Below, piece by piece: positions 59,951 through 64,000 of a DNA stretch of 64,000 bases. The position numbers and the translations under genes were made by a program. Below the pieces are notes generated by a model. It did no database searches, had not been told where the DNA came from, and saw only the letters and a program-made list of their open reading frames with translations. Each line of letters begins with the position of its first letter. Position 1 is the first letter of the stretch. The stretch is taken from NCBI GenBank assembly GCA_965140345.1, contig OZ223202.1, forward strand, positions 50,093-114,092, read 5' to 3'. The stretch comes from Candidatus Kapaibacterium sp. (GTDB lineage: Bacteria; Bacteroidota; Ignavibacteria; Kapaibacteriales; UBA2268).

Positions 59951-60928
59951 ATGCTAGCACAATTTGAAATTCATACAGAGTCTATTCAAAACAGAAAAGC
60001 CTCTAACTATAATAATGGCGATAGTTTGGAGAAATACGTAACTGAAAATAAGGACTTTGTTATACTTGTTCTTTCGGATGGAGTAAGCTCTACTGATAAA
60101 CATTGGATCGCTTCTGAGATGATTTGTAAAGATATTGTGAAATTCATCTCTGTTCATAATATGCAAAATATCGAAATGGAAAAATTGATTTTAGATGCGA
60201 TTTCTAATAGCAATAGTAACGTACTTAATTCTGATATTTGTAGTGGTGCTTTAGCAACGTTGGTTTTAGTCGTCTGGGATGTTAATAATGATTTTATTTA
60301 TTGGTCATCTATTGGAGATTCTAACCTTTGTTTACTTAAAAATACAAACGAATTATTAACACTTTCTGTGGAAGAAACTGCTGTAGAAATGATTATTGAA
60401 TACGGCAAACCAAAAATGATAGATGGTGCCCCGGCAACACGAAAACTTTTAACAAATGCTATGGGTTCTGCAATTACTAAAATAAAAGTACACAAGCATG
60501 ACTTCCTGCCGGGCGAAGCCTTATTCCTTACAAGTGATGGATTTATGGAAGCTCTGTCTGCTCCGTTTGATGCTATTCAACAAACAATAAATAAGTCTGA
60601 TTTAGATAAAAGTTTCATAGAATTATGTAACGATGTTCGAGCAAATAATTATGATGACGCTTCGATTATTATTTTAAGACGCAATGACAGAGACGAAAAT
60701 CATATTCCGGCTCACCTTTCCAATACTTCAATCATTAAAACTTTAATAGAATCTATTTTAAATGAAGATATATTCTCTATTGAAACTTGTATCGAAAATA
60801 TTAAAGATCAAAATCTCTCTATTGGAAAAGCGAATTATTTGGAGCTTCTAAGTACTTTTCAGAAATCAAGAATGTCAAATAATAAAGAAGTTTGGTCGCT
60901 TCTGCAGCCTTTAGTGCGTTTTATTTAA
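59951..60928 (+). CDS. PP2C-family protein phosphatase
   Basis: NGD, LSDGVS, SIGDS, LTNAMG, LTSDG, DDASII motifs; GGAGG RBS before ATG 59951. Confidence 0.9.
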   Translation: MLAQFEIHTESIQNRKASNYNNGDSLEKYVTENKDFVILVLSDGVSSTDKHWIASEMICKDIVKFISVHNMQNIEMEKLILDAISNSNSNVLNSDICSGALATLVLVVWDVNNDFIYWSSIGDSNLCLLKNTNELLTLSVEETAVEMIIEYGKPKMIDGAPATRKLLTNAMGSAITKIKVHKHDFLPGEALFLTSDGFMEALSAPFDAIQQTINKSDLDKSFIELCNDVRANNYDDASIIILRRNDRDENHIPAHLSNTSIIKTLIESILNEDIFSIETCIENIKDQNLSIGKANYLELLSTFQKSRMSNNKEVWSLLQPLVRFI

Positions 60929-61032
60929 CATATAACAATTCCAATTCTTACTATATTATACGTATTATTTAGTTCTAATAATATATTTTATATTATTATA
61001 TGCTTAAGTGCTATATTGTATCTTTTTTATAG

Positions 61033-63153
61033 ATGAATTCTATGGCTCGTGATATGATAGTATCAAATTTCAGTTTTTGCCTTTTACATTCCGTAATGCT
61101 GATTTGTTTAAGTTTGTTTTGTACTTCTCCCCTGATTGCAGAAGAAAGTTTTTATAAAGAATCTGAACATCATGCTTTTAAGCAGTTTCAAAAAATGCCA
61201 CCCTCAAAACAGAAAGCTGATACTATTTACAATTTAACACTTTCATCTATGGACACTACTCTTCATCGTTTAGCTGTTAACGAATTGGAAGATATGTTGA
61301 AAATGGATATTAGTGATAATGCAAAGGCATATACTTATTTTTACTGTGGAGATATTTATAAAAAAATACGAGAATTAGGAAAATCGCTATATAACTTTAG
61401 TAAAGCATTTCATTTGCAAGATCAGCTTAGTAAAACCGATCATCTCACACTTTTGAATAAAACAGTTGTAATAAATTTCGAACTTGGGCTGTATGAACAA
61501 GCTTTATCATTTGCTGATTTAGCAGATGATTATATCATCGAACATAGACAAGATCTTAATCCTCAAACAATAGGATATGTTATGGGAAATCGAAGTCTTG
61601 TGTTATCAAATATAGGTAAAAAGAGAAAATCAATAACATCTTATGCAAACACTATTACATATGCTGAACAAATTAAAGATACGAATATTAAAATCCAAGC
61701 ATTGTATAACCTTGCGTCTGTTTATAGAGAGATGTCAATTCTCGATTCTGCCGAATTATATAGTAAAATACTACTTATGTTTTCTACAAATAATAATAAG
61801 ATTCCAGGTATAGTAAAAAGCTATGAGAATTTAATGGGCATCAGATATGATCAAAAACAGTATAAGGAAGCTCTTGAATTTTTAGATTCGATTAAAACAT
61901 ATTTTAATAAAATTGAAGATTTCTATACTTATAAACATCACAAATTTAGATTCCTATGGAACTCCGCAAGTGTATATCAAAAACTAGGTAATCTAAAAAA
62001 ATCGCAATATTATGGAGAGTTAGCAATCGGTTTTTACAACAATTCTGCTTACGACACTTGGGCAGTATATGACGTTCTTGCTGACACATACTGGGAACTC
62101 AAAAAATATGATAAATATAGAATGGTCAAAGTTAAAATAGATTCGATTCAGAATCACCTTAACGAAGAAAAACACAAGGCTCTTACTTATCTTAATACTA
62201 AGCTATTTGAAGAGAAAATAGCTGAAGCTAAAGATAAAGAAGCTGATAGTTTGCAAAAACTTTATCTGATTAGCGGAGTAAGTGCTTTATTGCTGATTTT
62301 GCTTATTGCTGTGGTTTATCTTTATATCACGAAAAGGAAGGCGCTGAGTCAGAATATTTTGCATACTCAAGAGCTTGAAGTTTTGAACGCAAAGCTGCAA
62401 AAGCAGTATCAGGAACTTGAGGAATCAAACCGGGAGATACTTGCTATTACTAAAGAGCTGAAAGCCTCAAATCAGGCAAAAAATCAGTTCTTTGGGATTA
62501 TTTCACATGACCTTAGGAGTCCGGTTAGCAGCATTCTGCAGGTTGGATATCTGCTTTCAGAAAATATGGATGATTATCCTTTCGAAAAGGTTAAGCGATA
62601 CGTCGAAAATATGAAGGACACTTCTACAAGGCTGCTCTCCCTGCTCGAAAATCTGCTTTCATGGGCTAAAGCGCAATCTAATGCTATTGTTTCGAAGCCA
62701 CGAAAATTGATGCTCCAAGATGTATTGGATGATGAAATCAGCAGAAGCGAACTATTCTTTGATGCAAAAAAGCTAAAAATTACTCTTCAGTGCGAAAGCG
62801 ATCTTTCAATAATTTCAGATGAATATATGCTGAGAACTGTGGTACGTAACCTACTCTCAAATTCCGGAAAATTCTCGCATCACTCAGGTAAGATTGATTT
62901 AATTGTTTCAAATCATGAAGAACAAGTGCAAATAGCTATTCGAGATTACGGTTTGGGTATCAGCGCTGAAGACCAACAGCATCTTTTTACCATAGATAAA
63001 AAGGTAAGTAAACTCGGCACCAACAAAGAAGTCGGCTCAGGTTTAGGGCTTAATCTATGCAAAGAGTTTGTAGGTTTACTTCATGGGAAAATTTGGTTCG
63101 AGAGCGAAGTCAATAAAGGTACTACTTTTTATGTGGAGCTGCCGAAGGTGTAG
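61033..63153 (+). CDS. TPR-containing membrane sensor histidine kinase
   Basis: Periplasmic TPRs, TM, SHDLRSP H-box, NLLSNSGKF, DYGLG, GSGLGL boxes. Confidence 0.93.
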   Translation: MNSMARDMIVSNFSFCLLHSVMLICLSLFCTSPLIAEESFYKESEHHAFKQFQKMPPSKQKADTIYNLTLSSMDTTLHRLAVNELEDMLKMDISDNAKAYTYFYCGDIYKKIRELGKSLYNFSKAFHLQDQLSKTDHLTLLNKTVVINFELGLYEQALSFADLADDYIIEHRQDLNPQTIGYVMGNRSLVLSNIGKKRKSITSYANTITYAEQIKDTNIKIQALYNLASVYREMSILDSAELYSKILLMFSTNNNKIPGIVKSYENLMGIRYDQKQYKEALEFLDSIKTYFNKIEDFYTYKHHKFRFLWNSASVYQKLGNLKKSQYYGELAIGFYNNSAYDTWAVYDVLADTYWELKKYDKYRMVKVKIDSIQNHLNEEKHKALTYLNTKLFEEKIAEAKDKEADSLQKLYLISGVSALLLILLIAVVYLYITKRKALSQNILHTQELEVLNAKLQKQYQELEESNREILAITKELKASNQAKNQFFGIISHDLRSPVSSILQVGYLLSENMDDYPFEKVKRYVENMKDTSTRLLSLLENLLSWAKAQSNAIVSKPRKLMLQDVLDDEISRSELFFDAKKLKITLQCESDLSIISDEYMLRTVVRNLLSNSGKFSHHSGKIDLIVSNHEEQVQIAIRDYGLGISAEDQQHLFTIDKKVSKLGTNKEVGSGLGLNLCKEFVGLLHGKIWFESEVNKGTTFYVELPKV

Positions 63154-63179
63154 TATTATATAGATAATCCAAAAAACTG

Positions 63180-63205
63180 AGGAGCTGATTGAACAGCTCC
63201 TTTTT
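63180..63205 (+). terminator. Rho-independent terminator
   Basis: AGGAGCTG / CAGCTCCT stem followed by a T run. Confidence 0.8.
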
Positions 63206-63243
63206 ATATTCTGTTTAATTCATGCTACTTCACAATCCACCAT

Positions 63244-63345
63244 CTAAAACGGTTTAGTAAAAAAAGCGTATACTAGCGTATACTATTATATAGAATAGCA
63301 GTGTATTGGAATATAATACATTGGGAGAGGTGTGGTTATACTTTA
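63244..63345 (+). repeat. Diverged direct repeat, copy 2 (partner 42573-42665)
   Basis: Same blocks as copy 1 plus an internal AGCGTATACT tandem duplication. Confidence 0.8.
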
Positions 63346-63821
63346 AGGTGATGAGATTTGTTCCAAAGCTACAAGCTCTCCCCACTTCTTTTTTTAGTAG
63401 CTCTAATTTACAATTCTAATCAAAAATTAAAGTTAAGAAGTTAAGAGCTATTTTATAAACTATTTATATTTTTTCTATAAATTTTTATTAGAGAAGTTTA
63501 TAAAAGTAGTTTAACTTTAATTGCTTAACCTTTTAAATAATCAAGTTGAAAATATTACTTTTTTTCTTCTTTTAAGCAACGTAGATTATTTATGTTGGAA
63601 AAATATTTGCAAATATTACAATAGCATCAACTTATTAACTCCATGAGTAATCATCAGCGTGAGATGGCATGGCAGGCTTGGGGTTATGCAAAAAGAAGGA
63701 TAGGATAAAAATATAGCTCACTCATGCATTAAATATGCGTTATTTATAGTTTATCTATTCTGTATTTTGTATATTAAAGTATCTGAACTTTAATATTTCA
63801 CACTACTTACTTGAGGTAAAA

Positions 63822-64000
63822 ATGGTAAAATCACCACAACCAACGAAAGACTATTTAAACTTGGAAGAAGAATTTAAAAATCTAGCTCAAACAACAGAAA
63901 ACTCTGAATATATACCAAATCCTTACCTATCACATTCACCTAAATATTTTTTGATTGGTGAAGAACCCGGGCCCGGTATGCATAGCACAACTGTGAAATA
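63822..64000 (+). CDS. Partial ORF running off the window, possibly uracil-DNA glycosylase-like
   Basis: GAGGT RBS; MVKSPQP...KYFLIGEEPGPG resembles the GEAPG motif of family-4-type UDGs; truncated. Confidence 0.4.
   Translation, partial: MVKSPQPTKDYLNLEEEFKNLAQTTENSEYIPNPYLSHSPKYFLIGEEPGPGMHSTTVK

Noticed and set aside
1450-60495. Numerous short antisense or nested ORFs in the track (e.g. 1450-1725, 4250-4576, 21700-21981, 38360-38695, 58593-58895)
   Set aside because: They lie within longer well-supported genes and show no independent coding signal.
49502-60928. TerY-P triad (VWA, PP2C, kinase) defence system
   Set aside because: The VWA protein is an exported OmpA lipoprotein in a different transcription unit, and no Ser/Thr kinase is present.
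63966-63977. Second att copy (GGGCCCGG)
   Set aside because: Only 8 bp match, it lies within Pro-Gly-Pro-Gly codons, and there is no tRNA context.

Overview
AT-rich bacterial chromosome segment from an FCB-group organism. T9SS C-terminal sorting domains, TAnnTTTG promoter elements and clear Shine-Dalgarno sites suggest a Kapabacteria/Ignavibacteria-like lineage (inference). From 1 to 39 kb it carries an OPT transporter; a 4.2-kb AraC-led stress islet bracketed by two copies of the 3' end of a TonB-dependent receptor gene; that receptor, preceded by a His-rich leader ORF ending in RAPP; a DUF4956 / kinase-like-Omp85 operon; an ECF sigma / barrel-type anti-sigma operon; two tandem giant VWA T9SS proteins with different beta-propellers inserted at the same site; scattered hypothetical genes; a beta-barrel plus PD40-OmpA pair; and rtcB2-prfH. 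At about 39.15 kb a tRNA 3'-end fragment (att-like) next to a tyrosine integrase and an excisionase-like gene marks the start of a genomic island that appears to run off the right edge. Its cargo is an ADP-ribosylhydrolase, a Zn-ribbon pseudogene, an intact IS256 with an 8-bp TSD interrupting a gene, a 14-kb operon of Cys-rich lipoproteins, OmpA/VWA/PD40/SPOR proteins and beta-barrels, a PP2C phosphatase and an orphan TPR histidine kinase. Much of this cargo is flanked by a diverged ~95-bp direct repeat. No complete tRNA, rRNA or CRISPR array was seen. All domain calls are motif recognition by eye; no searches were run.
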